From Tagaea sp. (GTDB taxonomy: Bacteria; Pseudomonadota; Alphaproteobacteria; CACIAM-22H2), in assembly GCA_965279525.1 (NCBI GenBank), contig CBDIIB010000004.1:160001-224000 (forward strand): a DNA stretch of 64,000 nt. Reading direction: 5' to 3'. Both the position numbers and the translations under genes were made by a program. Below the pieces are notes generated by a model that had not been told where the DNA came from, made no database searches, and was given only the letters and a program-made list of their open reading frames with translations. The first letter of the stretch is position 1. The number at the start of each line of letters is the position of its first letter. This document shows positions 18,963-30,121 of the stretch, piece after piece.

Positions 18963-19808
18963 CTAGCGGCCGAATTTCAGCAACGCTGTTCCGGCCAGCG
19001 TCATCGCGATCGAAGCGACACGGAACAGCCGGACGCGCTCCTTGAAGACGGTGATGCCGATTACCACGGCGAAGACCACACCCGTCTCTCGCAATGCGGA
19101 GACGAGCGGCAGCGGCGCCTGCGTCATCGCCCAGACGACGATCCACGAGCCGCCGTAACTCATCAACCCGGCGGCGATTCCGGCGCGGCGCGTACGCCAG
19201 CTCACTTTCCGATTCGGTCCGCGCCGCAGCAGTCGGGTCGCGACGATCACCATGACCGCAGCGATCAACGACTGCCAGACGACATATCCGTGAACCGCAC
19301 CCGACATCCGCGCGCCGAGCCCGTCGATCACCGAGTAGCAAGCGATGAAGCAACTCGTGCCGAGGGCCCAGAAGATAGGTCGCGCGTCCCGCAGTCCGTC
19401 GGCGCCGCGCGATAGCGACAGGCTGACGATCCCCAGCGAAATCATGAGCACGGCGAACTGCGCCGATGGCGCGATGCTTTCGTTGAGGATGAAGACCGAT
19501 ATGGCCGTTACCAGCATCGGTGCTACGCCGCGCGCCAGCGGATAGACGTGGCTGAATTCCCCGACACGGTAGGCACGCTGGAGGAACTCGATATACGCGA
19601 CGCTCAGGGCGGCGCTTGCGAGCATGTAATAGAAGCTGTCGGCGGAAGGCATCGCGAAGAAGGGGATGAGGCAGACCGATGCGACCGACTGGGTCGCGAA
19701 CATCGTTTCGATCGATGCCGACCTGTCCGTGTCCGCCTTGATCAGGGCATTCCACGTCGCGTGGCCGAATGCCGCGCAGAGAACAAGGAGGAATACGTCC
19801 AGTTCCAT
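18963..19808 (-). CDS. EamA/DMT family transporter
   Basis: HATWNALIK, YPLARG, SALRETGVVFA; highly hydrophobic. Confidence 0.88.
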   Translation of the reverse strand: MELDVFLLVLCAAFGHATWNALIKADTDRSASIETMFATQSVASVCLIPFFAMPSADSFYYMLASAALSVAYIEFLQRAYRVGEFSHVYPLARGVAPMLVTAISVFILNESIAPSAQFAVLMISLGIVSLSLSRGADGLRDARPIFWALGTSCFIACYSVIDGLGARMSGAVHGYVVWQSLIAAVMVIVATRLLRRGPNRKVSWRTRRAGIAAGLMSYGGSWIVVWAMTQAPLPLVSALRETGVVFAVVIGITVFKERVRLFRVASIAMTLAGTALLKFGR

Positions 19809-19833
19809 CGTCGGTCGGCTCTCCGTCGGGAGT

Positions 19834-21318
19834 CTAGGGATAGAATGCCGGGGTCGGCACGAACGCCACGTTCTCATCGAGCGGATAGATCGGCCGTGCG
19901 CAGATCGTGTGGCCAAGGCTTTTCAGGTTCGCCGAAGTGGCGCCTGGCGCATCGACATTGAAGTTGGCATCCGTCCATGCGTCGAACATGTGGTTTTCGG
20001 TATGCGGCGACTTGACGACGATCAGGTCGAAATCGGCGGGGTTCTGGCCATTGGCAAGGTATATCGCCCGGTCGAACAGGAAGACCGGCAAGCTGACCAC
20101 GACGACCGTGAAATTCTCGAATGTCAGTACTGCTGTCGGACCGGCTGCCAGCGGCGCCTTCATCGTCTCGAGCCGCGCTTGCCCGTCGGACAGGAGTTTC
20201 ACCGTCGCCTTGACCTTCATCGGCTTGAATCGACCGCGGTCCACGGTGCCGCCAAGCTCGACTTCGATCGTCGCGCCGACGCCGGCCGCGTGCGCGGCCT
20301 TCGCTGCCTTGGCATCGACAAGGGGAGCGAGGGTCCGGCGGTCGTAGCCGGCCGCCTTGAGGGCGCGAAGGATCTCGGCACTGTCTCCGGACGCACCGGA
20401 CGATGTCGCATCCGCAGCGTCGGTGAAGATGACGGGGCCCGTGATGCTCTTCGCTTGGGAAATGGCGCGCTCGACCGAGATGAGCTTTCCCTGCATGCGC
20501 GCACGCAGGCCCCAGAAGTCGTGCGCGAGGCGGACCGCCTCTCGTTCGGCCGTGGCCCGGTCTCCATCTGTCATCACGAGTGCCTGCGAGCAGAGTTCGG
20601 GCACGTCGGTGAAAGGGTTGCCGATCATGATGCCGGCGGCCAGCGCCACGCCGTCACGCTCCAGGCGCAGGCATTCACGCAGCAGTTCGCCGTAGCAGCC
20701 GTTCTTGGTGATCAACTCGTCGCCGCGTACGAGGGCCGGGATGACGACGCGGACGATTGCGGGGCGCGACTTGCCCGACATCAGCTTCAGGAGAAGGCGG
20801 GCTGCCCTTTGTCCGGTATCTGCGAAATCGACGTGCGGATAGGTGCGGTAGATCGCGAACCCGTTCGAATGGCGCAGCATCCGGTCGGTGAGGATGCCGT
20901 GAAGGTCGAGCGAGATGACGATCGGAACTGCCGGGCCGGCCAGTGTCCGGATGCGCTCGAGGAGATGGCCTTCCGGATCGAGTTCCCCGTCCGCACCCAT
21001 GGCGCCATGCAGGGAAAAGTATATTCCGTCAATGCGATCGAGATTCGCACGCACGCTGTCGAGTATCTCGGCGGACAGCCGGCGCCAGCCGCCGGCCGAC
21101 AGAAGTCCCGCGCTTCCCGCACGTGCGGATATCGTCGGCACCACCTCGATGCCGCCTGCATCGTCGAACGCCTGCAATGCTCCACCGACCGCTTGGTTGG
21201 TCCCCCGCTGCCCGAGAATCTGGGACCCGCGTTGGATGTGGAAATCTTCGTAGCCGGACTGCAGAGGGTTGAAGGACGAGATTTCCTGCATGCATTCGAC
21301 GACAAGGATACGCTTCAT
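19834..21318 (-). CDS. M81/MlrC-family metallopeptidase
   Basis: QEISSFNP, LHGAM, DPEG, SLDLHG, YRTYPHVD, VVKS. Confidence 0.88.
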   Translation of the reverse strand: MKRILVVECMQEISSFNPLQSGYEDFHIQRGSQILGQRGTNQAVGGALQAFDDAGGIEVVPTISARAGSAGLLSAGGWRRLSAEILDSVRANLDRIDGIYFSLHGAMGADGELDPEGHLLERIRTLAGPAVPIVISLDLHGILTDRMLRHSNGFAIYRTYPHVDFADTGQRAARLLLKLMSGKSRPAIVRVVIPALVRGDELITKNGCYGELLRECLRLERDGVALAAGIMIGNPFTDVPELCSQALVMTDGDRATAEREAVRLAHDFWGLRARMQGKLISVERAISQAKSITGPVIFTDAADATSSGASGDSAEILRALKAAGYDRRTLAPLVDAKAAKAAHAAGVGATIEVELGGTVDRGRFKPMKVKATVKLLSDGQARLETMKAPLAAGPTAVLTFENFTVVVVSLPVFLFDRAIYLANGQNPADFDLIVVKSPHTENHMFDAWTDANFNVDAPGATSANLKSLGHTICARPIYPLDENVAFVPTPAFYP

Positions 21319-21549
21319 CTTCGATCTCCGGGGAGGGCAGGTGCTGTTGGGCGGACGGCCAGCATGCCATCGGTCGGACCGCCCGACGATTGGCAAGTTC
21401 GGTGACCTGCCCGAATTTGGGGCAGATGCCTTGAGGGCCCCTCAATGGCACGTCTGCCATCCCGCCAAGCTTGACTCGGTGCGGAGCAAGTGTGCTCTAC
21501 TAGCGGCAATAAGTCGGGCAGATAACTGATCCGATAGCAGGGGGGAAAG

Positions 21550-23592
21550 ATGGCTCTGAAATCGCCGTTCCTTATCCAGTTGGCGCTGGGAATCACCATA
21601 GCGATCGGGTCGGTAACCGCCGCATCCGCGCAGGCATCGCTCGGCCAGTCCGGACTTGTCGGTACGCCCGAGGGCATCTCGATCATCACCGACGCGGCCC
21701 AGTGGCCGAAGACCTTCAACGAGGCCCCCCAACTCGCCGATCTGGTGAAGCAGGGCAAGCTGCCGGCGGTCAAGGACCGTCTGCCGCAGGACCTCATGGT
21801 CATCAAGCCGGTCAAGGAGATCGGGAAGTACGGCGGCACCTGGCGCCGCGGCTTCACCGGACCCGGTGACGACGAGAACGGCAACCGCATCAACGCTTCC
21901 GATCGTCCGATGCTGGTCGACCACACGGGCGCCAAGGTCAACCCTTCGCTCGCCAAGTCGTGGAAGATGAGCGACGACGGCAAGGTCTTCACCCTCAACC
22001 TGCGCCGCGGCCTTCGCTGGTCGGACGGCGCGCCGATGACCGCCGACGACTTCGTCTTCTGGTTCGAAGACATCTACAGCAACAAGGAAATTCTGCCGGT
22101 CGGCATCCCCGACATGACTCCGGATGGCAAGCCCGGCAAGATCGTCAAAGTCGACGACTACACCGTCAACTTCGTGTTCGACGTTCCGTTCTATCTCTTC
22201 GAGGATCTGATGGGCGGCGACACGCTCATCGGCGGCGGCCAGGCTGTCCGCCAGTCGAACAAGCGTAGCCATGGCGCCTATGCGCCGGCGCACTATCTCA
22301 AGAAGTTCCTGCCCAAATACATGCCGGGTGGCGCGGAAGCAGCGAATGCCGCAGCCCGGGCCGAGGGCTTCGACAGCTGGATTGCACGACTGCACTTCAA
22401 GAAAGACTGGACGCTCAACACGGAACTGCCGGTGCTCGGGCCGTTCCGTACGGTGCAGCCGATCAACAACGCCGTATGGGTCATGGAACGCAATCCGTTC
22501 TATTGGGCCGTCGACACGGCAGGTAACCAGCTTCCGTACATGGACCGCGTCCAGATGACGGTCGTCGAGAACCTGGAGGTCCTGAACCTGCGCGCGATGG
22601 CGGGCGACTACGACCTGCAGGAACGCCACATCGACCTCGGCAAGCTGCCGGTCCTTCTGGAGAACCAGGCCCGCGGCAAGTACAAGGTCCATCTCGACCT
22701 GGCCCTTAACGGCACGGACGCGATCTATCACTTCAACCAGAGCTTCGACGCCGATCCGGAGATCGCCAAGTGGCTGCGCAACGCGGACTTCCGCCGCGCG
22801 CTGTCGCTGGCTGTCGATCGCAAGCAGCTCAATGAGACGTTCTGGCTCGGCGTTGCCGTGCCGGGCTCGACGGCTCCGGGCGAGGCGCTTCCGTATTTCC
22901 CCGGTGCGGGCTGGCGCGAGAAATGGTCGACGTTCGACCAGAAGCAGGCCAACGAAATGCTCGACAAGATCGGGCTTTCGAAGAAGGACGCGCAGGGCTT
23001 CCGGGTCCGTACGGACAACGGGCAGCGCCTGCGGATCCAGATCCAGGCCGTGCAGGCGTTCCTGCCGTGGCCGAAGATCAGCGAAATGGTCGCTGACCAG
23101 TGGTCGAAGGTCGGCATCCAGGCGGATGTCCGCGATACCGAGCGGAACCTCGCCTTCACGCGCACGCAGAACAACGAGCACCACATCATGGTGTGGAACA
23201 ACGGCGGGACGGAACTTCTCTATCTGTTTCCGCGCCATGCGATCCCGGTCGACCCGACCGAGGCTTTCATGGGCCCGGAACACGCCAAGTGGTACGCCTC
23301 CGGCGGAACGCAGGGCAAGAAGCCGGAAGATCCGAACATCCTCAAGATGCTCGAGCTCTTCACATCGGCTGCCGGGCAAAAGACCGAAGAGCGCATCAAG
23401 ACGGCGCAGGAGATCTGGAAGATCCTGATCGACCAACAGTACGCGATCGGCACGGTCGGCCAGTCGCCGGCACTGATGGGCGTGCGTCTCGTCAGCGAGC
23501 GTCTGGGCAATGTCCCGTCGCGCAACTGCATTGCCCAGCACTGCCGTACGCCGGGCGGCGCACACCCGGAAACATGGTTCTACAAGAATTGA
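21550..23592 (+). CDS. Family 5 ABC substrate-binding protein
   Basis: EAPQLA, LPAVKDRLP, GKYGG, WSDGAPMTADD, RNPFYW, GNQLPYMD. Confidence 0.9.
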   Translation: MALKSPFLIQLALGITIAIGSVTAASAQASLGQSGLVGTPEGISIITDAAQWPKTFNEAPQLADLVKQGKLPAVKDRLPQDLMVIKPVKEIGKYGGTWRRGFTGPGDDENGNRINASDRPMLVDHTGAKVNPSLAKSWKMSDDGKVFTLNLRRGLRWSDGAPMTADDFVFWFEDIYSNKEILPVGIPDMTPDGKPGKIVKVDDYTVNFVFDVPFYLFEDLMGGDTLIGGGQAVRQSNKRSHGAYAPAHYLKKFLPKYMPGGAEAANAAARAEGFDSWIARLHFKKDWTLNTELPVLGPFRTVQPINNAVWVMERNPFYWAVDTAGNQLPYMDRVQMTVVENLEVLNLRAMAGDYDLQERHIDLGKLPVLLENQARGKYKVHLDLALNGTDAIYHFNQSFDADPEIAKWLRNADFRRALSLAVDRKQLNETFWLGVAVPGSTAPGEALPYFPGAGWREKWSTFDQKQANEMLDKIGLSKKDAQGFRVRTDNGQRLRIQIQAVQAFLPWPKISEMVADQWSKVGIQADVRDTERNLAFTRTQNNEHHIMVWNNGGTELLYLFPRHAIPVDPTEAFMGPEHAKWYASGGTQGKKPEDPNILKMLELFTSAAGQKTEERIKTAQEIWKILIDQQYAIGTVGQSPALMGVRLVSERLGNVPSRNCIAQHCRTPGGAHPETWFYKN

Positions 23593-23621
23593 CCGGTAGG
23601 ACTCATATCGACGTACTGCGG

Positions 23622-23652
23622 CTCAACCCCCGGAATTGTTCCGGGGGTTGAG
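23622..23652. terminator. Stem-loop between SBP and permease (mRNA stabiliser or attenuator)
   Basis: CTCAACCCCCGGAA-TTG-TTCCGGGGGTTGAG, perfect 14-bp stem, no long U tract. Confidence 0.65.
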
Positions 23653-23657
23653 TTCGC

Positions 23658-24650
23658 ATGCTTACTTACATACTTCAGCGTTTCGGGCTCGCTCTTGTGA
23701 CGATTTGGGCGATTTCCGTCATTTCGTTCGTCATCATCCAGCTTCCGCCGGGCGATTTCGTCGACGCCTATATCGCAAGTCTGTCGGCATCCGGTTCAAT
23801 GGTCCGGCAGGAGGAAGCGCAGGCGTTACGCCAGCTATACGGCCTTGATCAGCCGATGTGGGTCCAATACTGGAAATGGGCAAGCCGCGTCGCTCAGGGC
23901 GATTTCGGAACCTCGATGGAATGGGGGCGTCCCGTCACCGAGGTACTTGGAGATCGGCTCTGGCTGACCGTCATCGTCTCGCTTGCCGCGATCTTCCTGA
24001 CCTGGGGGATAGCACTGCCCATCGGCATCTACTCGGCCGTGCGGCAATACTCGATGGCCGACTATGCGTTTACGCTGATCGGTTTTGTCGGTCTTGCGGT
24101 GCCCAATTTCCTGCTTGCCCTGATCATCATGTATTTCGGGTTCGTTCTGCTCGATCTCAATGTCGGCGGGCTCTTCTCGGCCGAGTACCAGCTCGCCCCG
24201 TGGTCCTGGGCCAAGGCCATGGATCTGATGGCGCACCTGCCGCTACCCGCCCTGATCCTGGCATTGGCGGGAACCGCACAGCTCATCCGCATCATGCGCG
24301 CGAACCTGCTCGACGAACTGCGGCGCCCCTACGTGGCGACCGCGCGCGCGCGGGGTCTCGCCGAATGGCGCGTCATCGTGAAGTATCCGGTGCGGGCGGC
24401 ACTCAATCCCTTCGCCAGTACGATCGGCTACCTGCTGCCCTTTGTCGTCTCCGGATCGATCGTCGTATCCCTTGTCTTGTCGCTGCCCACGGTTGGTCCA
24501 CTGTTGCTGCGAGCCCTCGTCGCACAGGACATGTTCCTCGCCGGCACGATCGTGCTTCTCCTCGGGGTCCTCACCGTCGTCGGTACTTTCATTTCTGATC
24601 TGATCCTGATGTGGATCGATCCCAGGATCAGGGCGGGTATGCACGGATGA
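23658..24650 (+). CDS. Peptide/nickel ABC permease (DppB-like)
   Basis: LPPGDF, YGLDQP, ARARGLAE EAA loop. Confidence 0.9.
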   Translation: MLTYILQRFGLALVTIWAISVISFVIIQLPPGDFVDAYIASLSASGSMVRQEEAQALRQLYGLDQPMWVQYWKWASRVAQGDFGTSMEWGRPVTEVLGDRLWLTVIVSLAAIFLTWGIALPIGIYSAVRQYSMADYAFTLIGFVGLAVPNFLLALIIMYFGFVLLDLNVGGLFSAEYQLAPWSWAKAMDLMAHLPLPALILALAGTAQLIRIMRANLLDELRRPYVATARARGLAEWRVIVKYPVRAALNPFASTIGYLLPFVVSGSIVVSLVLSLPTVGPLLLRALVAQDMFLAGTIVLLLGVLTVVGTFISDLILMWIDPRIRAGMHG

Positions 24651-25780
24651 GCGAGCTTGCAAGGGCAGACGCGCCGTTCGTGACTGCCGCTGAAGAAAAG
24701 GTTGCCGCGGCGACGCAGCTGCAGCTCACCTGGTGGCGGTTTCGAAAGCATCGTGTCGCGGTGATCAGCGGGATCATCGTGATCCTTTTCTATCTCCTGG
24801 CCCTGTTTGCGGACTTCTTTGCCGTGACCGAGCCGCATTCGACGGACGCCGCCCGAAGCTACATCCCGCCGCAGGCAATCCACTGGTTCGATCCGGACGG
24901 CAGCTTCAAGCCGCATGTCTATGCGCTCAAGGGCCGTCGCGACATGCGGACCTTCAAGCTCATTTATGCCCCGGATCCGACAGACCGACGCTATCTGCGG
25001 TTTTTCGCCGAAGGCTATTCCTACAAGCTGTTCGGCTTCTTCGAGACGAAGCGGCACATCGTCGGGCTCGACCGAGGCGTTCCGGAGGACGCTCTGTTCC
25101 TGCTCGGAACGGACCAGCTCGGTCGGGATGTCTGGTCGCGTCTGATGCTCGCGACGCGAACGTCACTGACCATCGGCCTGATCGGGGTAAGCCTTTCCTT
25201 GTTCCTCGGGATCTTGCTGGGCGGGGTATCGGGGCTTTATGGCGGCGTCATCGATACGGTGATCCAGCGCCTGATCGAGATCCTGCGCTCTATCCCGACC
25301 ATCCCGCTGTGGATGGGGCTTGCGGCGGCCCTTCCGAACGACTGGACGGTGACCCAGGTCTACATTGCCATCACGGTCATCATTTCGCTGATAGGCTGGA
25401 CCGAGCTCGCACGCGTCGTGCGAGGGCGCTTTCTTGCCCTGCGCGAGGAAGACTTCGTCACTGCGGCGGAACTTGCCGGCGCATCCCAGCTGCGCATCAT
25501 TTTCCGCCACATGGTGCCGTCGTTCCTGTCGCACATAATCGCCGCAGTCAGCCTGGCGCTGCCGGCCATGATCATCAGCGAGACGACCCTGTCGTTCCTC
25601 GGGCTTGGCCTGCGTCCGCCCGCGATATCGTGGGGAGTCCTGCTGCAGGACGCACAGAACCTCCAGGCGATCGCAATAGCACCCTGGTTGCTGCTGGTCG
25701 CGGTGCCGGTCGTCATCGTCATCCTTGCTTTCAACTTCCTGGGCGATGGCCTGCGGGATGCAGCAGACCCCTATGGCTGA
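24647..25780 (+). CDS. Peptide/nickel ABC permease (DppC-like)
   Basis: LGTDQLGRD, LSFLGLG, GDGLRDAADP. Confidence 0.9.
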   Translation: MSELARADAPFVTAAEEKVAAATQLQLTWWRFRKHRVAVISGIIVILFYLLALFADFFAVTEPHSTDAARSYIPPQAIHWFDPDGSFKPHVYALKGRRDMRTFKLIYAPDPTDRRYLRFFAEGYSYKLFGFFETKRHIVGLDRGVPEDALFLLGTDQLGRDVWSRLMLATRTSLTIGLIGVSLSLFLGILLGGVSGLYGGVIDTVIQRLIEILRSIPTIPLWMGLAAALPNDWTVTQVYIAITVIISLIGWTELARVVRGRFLALREEDFVTAAELAGASQLRIIFRHMVPSFLSHIIAAVSLALPAMIISETTLSFLGLGLRPPAISWGVLLQDAQNLQAIAIAPWLLLVAVPVVIVILAFNFLGDGLRDAADPYG

Positions 25781-26786
25781 CCCCATTCTTTCGGTCCGTG
25801 ATCTTCAAACGTATTTCAGGCCGGACGAGGGTGTCGTTCGGGCCGTCGACGGTGCGTCTTTCGATCTCTATCCCGGTCACACTCTCGGGATCGTCGGCGA
25901 GTCCGGCTGCGGAAAAAGCGTAACGGCACGATCGATCCTTCGCATCGTCGACCGGCCCGGCAAAGTCGAGGGTGGCGCGATGTTGCTGCGCATGGGCGAT
26001 GGCCGCGTCGTCGATATCGCGGCCATTGACGATTCGGGCGCGGAAATGCGCCACATCCGCGGCGGCGAGATCGGCTACGTATTCCAGGAGCCAATGAGTT
26101 CGCTCTCGGCGTTCTACACGATCGGTAACCAGGTGATGGAAGCCATCCGGTTGCACCGGACCGTTACGGAGAAAGAAGCGAGGGACCGCGCCATCGAGCT
26201 TCTGCAGCTCGTCGGCATTCCGCGGCCCGAGCAGCGCGTGGATTCCTACTCCTTCGAGCTGTCCGGCGGTTTGCGCCAGCGGGTCATGATCGCGCTGGCG
26301 CTTGCCGCGGAGCCGAGAATCCTGATCGCCGACGAACCGACGACGGCGTTGGACGTGACGACCCAGGCCCAGATCCTCGAACTCATCCGCAAGATTCAGG
26401 AAGAGCGGAAACTTGCCGTCGTCCTGATCACGCACGACATGGGCGTGATCGCCGAGATGGCGGATGCCGTTTCGGTCATGTATCTCGGCAAGGTTGTTGA
26501 ATCCGGACCGGTCGACACGATCTTTCATGCACCCAAGCATCCCTATACGCAGGCGCTGCTACGATCCATTCCGTCTGTTCTGGCGGAACCGCGCTCGCGT
26601 CTGGCAACGATTTCGGGAAGCATTCCTCATCCTTACGCGCGCCCGGCGGGCTGCCCTTTCCATCCACGCTGCCAGAACTACATGCGGGGAACCTGCGACA
26701 AGAGCCCGCCGCCATTGACGGTTATCGATGCCGAGCACGAGGTCCGTTGCTTCCTCTATGGCGAAGGAGCGCGGCCTGGGCCATGA
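25773..26786 (+). CDS. Peptide ABC ATPase (DppD-like)
   Basis: [28 protein letters not shown]. Confidence 0.9.
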   Translation: MADPILSVRDLQTYFRPDEGVVRAVDGASFDLYPGHTLGIVGESGCGKSVTARSILRIVDRPGKVEGGAMLLRMGDGRVVDIAAIDDSGAEMRHIRGGEIGYVFQEPMSSLSAFYTIGNQVMEAIRLHRTVTEKEARDRAIELLQLVGIPRPEQRVDSYSFELSGGLRQRVMIALALAAEPRILIADEPTTALDVTTQAQILELIRKIQEERKLAVVLITHDMGVIAEMADAVSVMYLGKVVESGPVDTIFHAPKHPYTQALLRSIPSVLAEPRSRLATISGSIPHPYARPAGCPFHPRCQNYMRGTCDKSPPPLTVIDAEHEVRCFLYGEGARPGP

Positions 26787-27805
26787 CCAGTAAACGGACT
26801 GTCCTGTCGGTCGAAGGGCTCAAGAAGTACTTCCCGATACGCAAAGGTATCCTGCGGCGCGTCGTCGGAAACGTGAAGGCGGTTGACGACGTCTCGTTCA
26901 AGATCACCCACGGGGAGACGCTTTCGCTCGTCGGCGAGTCGGGTTGCGGCAAGACAACGACCTCGCGCTGCATCCTGCGTGCGATCCGGCCGACGGCCGG
27001 CGCGATCCGCTTCAACTCGTCGGACGGGGAGGGCGTCGACGTCGCCGGTCTGTCGCGCGGCGAATTGCGGCCGCTACGCCGGCAGATGCAGATGATTTTC
27101 CAGGATCCGTACTCGTCGCTCAATCCGCGAATGACGATCGCAGACATCATCGGCGAGCCGCTTCTTGTCAACGGCATCGGCGATCTTGCCGAGCGCAGAC
27201 GACGGATCGCCGAGCTGCTCGATCTCGTACAGCTGCCGCAGGCCTACATGAACCGCTTTCCGCACGCGTTCTCCGGTGGGCAGCGTCAGCGCATCGGCAT
27301 CGCGCGGGCGCTTGCGCTCAACCCGGCGCTCATCGTCGCGGACGAGCCGGTCTCGGCACTCGATGTCTCCGTCCAGGCGCAGATCATCAACCTGCTGCTC
27401 GAATTGCAGGAGCGACTGGGGCTCTCGTATCTGTTCGTCGCGCACGATCTGTCAGTCGTCAAGCATGTAAGCCATCGCGTGGCTGTCATGTATGTGGGCA
27501 GGATCGTCGAAATAGCACCCACCGAAGCGCTGTTCCGAACGCCGCGCCACCCCTATACCGAGGCGTTGCTTTCGGCCGTGCCCGTGCCCGATCCGCGCAA
27601 GCGTGCCAAACGCATCGTGCTGGCGGGCGAGGTGGCAGATCCCTCCCGCGTACCGCCGGGCTGCGCCTTCCATCCGCGCTGCCGCTACGCGATCGAGCGG
27701 TGCAAGCAGGAGATTCCGCAGCTTCAGCCGGTCGAAGGCGGCGGCATGGTTTCGTGCCACCGCGCGCAAGAACTGGCACTCGCAGGGGTCGACGAGGCGG
27801 TCTGA
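26783..27805 (+). CDS. Peptide ABC ATPase (DppF-like)
   Basis: [28 protein letters not shown]. Confidence 0.9.
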   Translation: MTSKRTVLSVEGLKKYFPIRKGILRRVVGNVKAVDDVSFKITHGETLSLVGESGCGKTTTSRCILRAIRPTAGAIRFNSSDGEGVDVAGLSRGELRPLRRQMQMIFQDPYSSLNPRMTIADIIGEPLLVNGIGDLAERRRRIAELLDLVQLPQAYMNRFPHAFSGGQRQRIGIARALALNPALIVADEPVSALDVSVQAQIINLLLELQERLGLSYLFVAHDLSVVKHVSHRVAVMYVGRIVEIAPTEALFRTPRHPYTEALLSAVPVPDPRKRAKRIVLAGEVADPSRVPPGCAFHPRCRYAIERCKQEIPQLQPVEGGGMVSCHRAQELALAGVDEAV

Positions 27806-27823
27806 GAAGCCTGTCGTCTGCGA

Positions 27824-28714
27824 TCAGCCCCAGTCCGCCTCAGGCCGTATCTCGCGGACCCGCCCTCCGCCGACATAGTTGAACGCTTTTCCAGGCGGTA
27901 CCGGACCCTTCTGCACGGTACAGCCCGCGTACTCGCCCGCCTCGTCGTGGAAGGCACGGCCGTGCGCCTCGAGCGACGTCCATTCCATGCCGAGCTGGTG
28001 ATAGTGGAACTGGATCGCCCGCCGGCGGTAGGCGGAGCGGTTGGGTGCGGTGTAATGGTGGAGCAAGGCGTGAAAGATCAGCGCGTCGCCCGGCGCCAGC
28101 TCGATCGCCACGCGATCCTTGAGACGCAACTGGTCGTTCCGGATATGGCACTCGTTGACATCGACGTCCGGCAGGTGGATCGCCGGACCGCCAAGATGCG
28201 AGCCGGGGATGACTTCCATGCACCCGTTCTCCTTCGTCGCAGGGTCGAGTGCGATCCAGACGCCGACGATCAGATTCGGATCGCTTACCCGGAAATACGA
28301 CGCATCCTGATGCCATCGTTTTGCACCACCGATCTTCGGCGGTTTGATCAAGGCCATATCCTGGAAAAGGACACGTCCTTTTCCAAGGATCTGGTCGAGC
28401 ACGAGGTGCAGGCGCTGCGACATGGCTGCGGCATGCAGCGAGGGTGCATCCTCGACATACCACGCGAACTTGCGGATATGGTCTTCCCTGTTCTCCGGCC
28501 GAAGCGTCGTGGGGTCGATGCCGGGCTCGAAGGCGATCTCGGTCGATTTTCTGGGGATGCTCCCGTCGGCCAGGCCGGAGATCGCCGCGACGCAGGCCGA
28601 AACCAATTTCGGGCCGATCAGGTTCCGGATGACGAGATAGCCATCGCGCCGATACGCTGCGACGGATTCCCGATCCAGAGATGCCGTAGTCGTCTCGTTT
28701 CGTACCATCGTCAT
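27824..28714 (-). CDS. PhyH-family Fe(II)/2-oxoglutarate dioxygenase
   Basis: WHQD...H facial triad, WIALD, NGCMEVIPGSH, NRSAYRRRA. Confidence 0.88.
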   Translation of the reverse strand: MTMVRNETTTASLDRESVAAYRRDGYLVIRNLIGPKLVSACVAAISGLADGSIPRKSTEIAFEPGIDPTTLRPENREDHIRKFAWYVEDAPSLHAAAMSQRLHLVLDQILGKGRVLFQDMALIKPPKIGGAKRWHQDASYFRVSDPNLIVGVWIALDPATKENGCMEVIPGSHLGGPAIHLPDVDVNECHIRNDQLRLKDRVAIELAPGDALIFHALLHHYTAPNRSAYRRRAIQFHYHQLGMEWTSLEAHGRAFHDEAGEYAGCTVQKGPVPPGKAFNYVGGGRVREIRPEADWG

Positions 28715-28728
28715 GTTGCAATCCTGGT

Positions 28729-29931
28729 CTATGCGAACAAGGGTGCCGGATCCGGCGTGTAGCGGGCCAGCTTCTGCCGGTCGATCGCGATGCCGAGGCC
28801 CGGGCGGTCCGGAATCGAGAGCCATCCGTCGGAATCAAGCGTGAATGGCTCGGCGAGGATTCCGTCGACATAGGCGCTGCCGCCGATGAACTCGACGAGA
28901 TCGACATCCGGGAAGGCCGAGGCCATCTGCAGGTCGGCCGCGACGCCAAGTGCGGTGTTCCACCCGTGGCCGATGTATTTGACGCCGAAATCGTAGGCCA
29001 TCCAAGCAATGCGGCGCTGTTCCGAGATGCCGCCGACTTTCGTCACGTCCGGCTGGACGATGTCGACAGCACCGCGCGTCAGCCATGGGATGAAGGCCTG
29101 GCGGCGGGTGAGGACCTCGCATCCCGCGATCGGGACGGGCGAGCAGCGCCGCAGTTCCGCATAATCGTCGATGGCGTCGGGCTTGACAGGCTCTTCGAAC
29201 CAGCCGACCGAATAGTCCTTCAGCATTTCGGCCGTGCGCTTCGCCCACTTGAAGCCGTGTGGCCACAGCGCATCGCTCGCACCCGCATCGACGAACAAGC
29301 GCGAGCTTTCGCCTGCCGCTTCGCGAGCGGCACGCACGATTGCCTCGTCGAGCTTGGTATCGAGGGCACGCCCGAACGGACCCCAACCGATCTTGAACGC
29401 CGTGAAACCCTTGGCGCGATAGGTCGCGATCACGTCGAACATCGCCTTGGGTTCTTCCATCAGCAATGAGCAATAGGGCTGTACGCGCTTGCGGTATACG
29501 CCGCCCAGCAGCCGCCCCACGCTCATGCCCGTCGCCTTGCCCAGAATGTCCCACAGGGCGATGTCGATGCCGCTGATGGCGTGCGTGAGCGTGCCGCCGC
29601 GTCCCATCCAGAACGTGTTCTGGTGCAGCTTTTCGGTTACGCGCTCGGGCTCAAGCGCATTCTCGCCGACGAAGAGCGGTTCGAGAACCTTGAGGGCAGA
29701 CTGCACCAGCCGGCCATCGGTGAAGACACTGCCGTAACCCGTGATGCCCTGATCGGTGTGCACTGCCACGATCGCATGGATGGAATCCTGGGGCCGGATC
29801 TCGGCCGACCATCCGCCCTTCGGGCTTTCGCCGAACAGGGGAGCCGCCTCGATCCGGGTTATCCGGACCGGCGGCAGAGTCTTGGTGTGGGTCTGCAGCG
29901 TCAAAACACGTCTCCCGGGTGCATATTGCAT
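28729..29931 (-). CDS. Mandelate racemase/muconate lactonizing enzyme family (start uncertain)
   Basis: GIDIALWDILGK, AFKIG, VDA, WFEEP, GCE, QPDVTKVGG. Confidence 0.88.
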   Translation of the reverse strand: MQYAPGRRVLTLQTHTKTLPPVRITRIEAAPLFGESPKGGWSAEIRPQDSIHAIVAVHTDQGITGYGSVFTDGRLVQSALKVLEPLFVGENALEPERVTEKLHQNTFWMGRGGTLTHAISGIDIALWDILGKATGMSVGRLLGGVYRKRVQPYCSLLMEEPKAMFDVIATYRAKGFTAFKIGWGPFGRALDTKLDEAIVRAAREAAGESSRLFVDAGASDALWPHGFKWAKRTAEMLKDYSVGWFEEPVKPDAIDDYAELRRCSPVPIAGCEVLTRRQAFIPWLTRGAVDIVQPDVTKVGGISEQRRIAWMAYDFGVKYIGHGWNTALGVAADLQMASAFPDVDLVEFIGGSAYVDGILAEPFTLDSDGWLSIPDRPGLGIAIDRQKLARYTPDPAPLFA

Positions 29932-30121
29932 TCAAATCCGGGGAAGCCGTCATGCTTGCCGAACGCGATCAATCCACGTGAACCGAACACCGAGTTTCCT
30001 CCCCCTTGTGGCGAGCTTCATTTCGCTCGCGCTTGGGTACGGCAAGAATCGTATACGATGACGCAAGCTCGCCCAAGCAGAAAACTGAAAATACTATTCC
30101 TATCAATGAAATAGTGGCCGT

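Noticed and set aside
19834-21318. Microcystin degradation cluster
   Set aside because: Only an MlrC-family member; no mlrA, mlrB or mlrD, and the family is widespread
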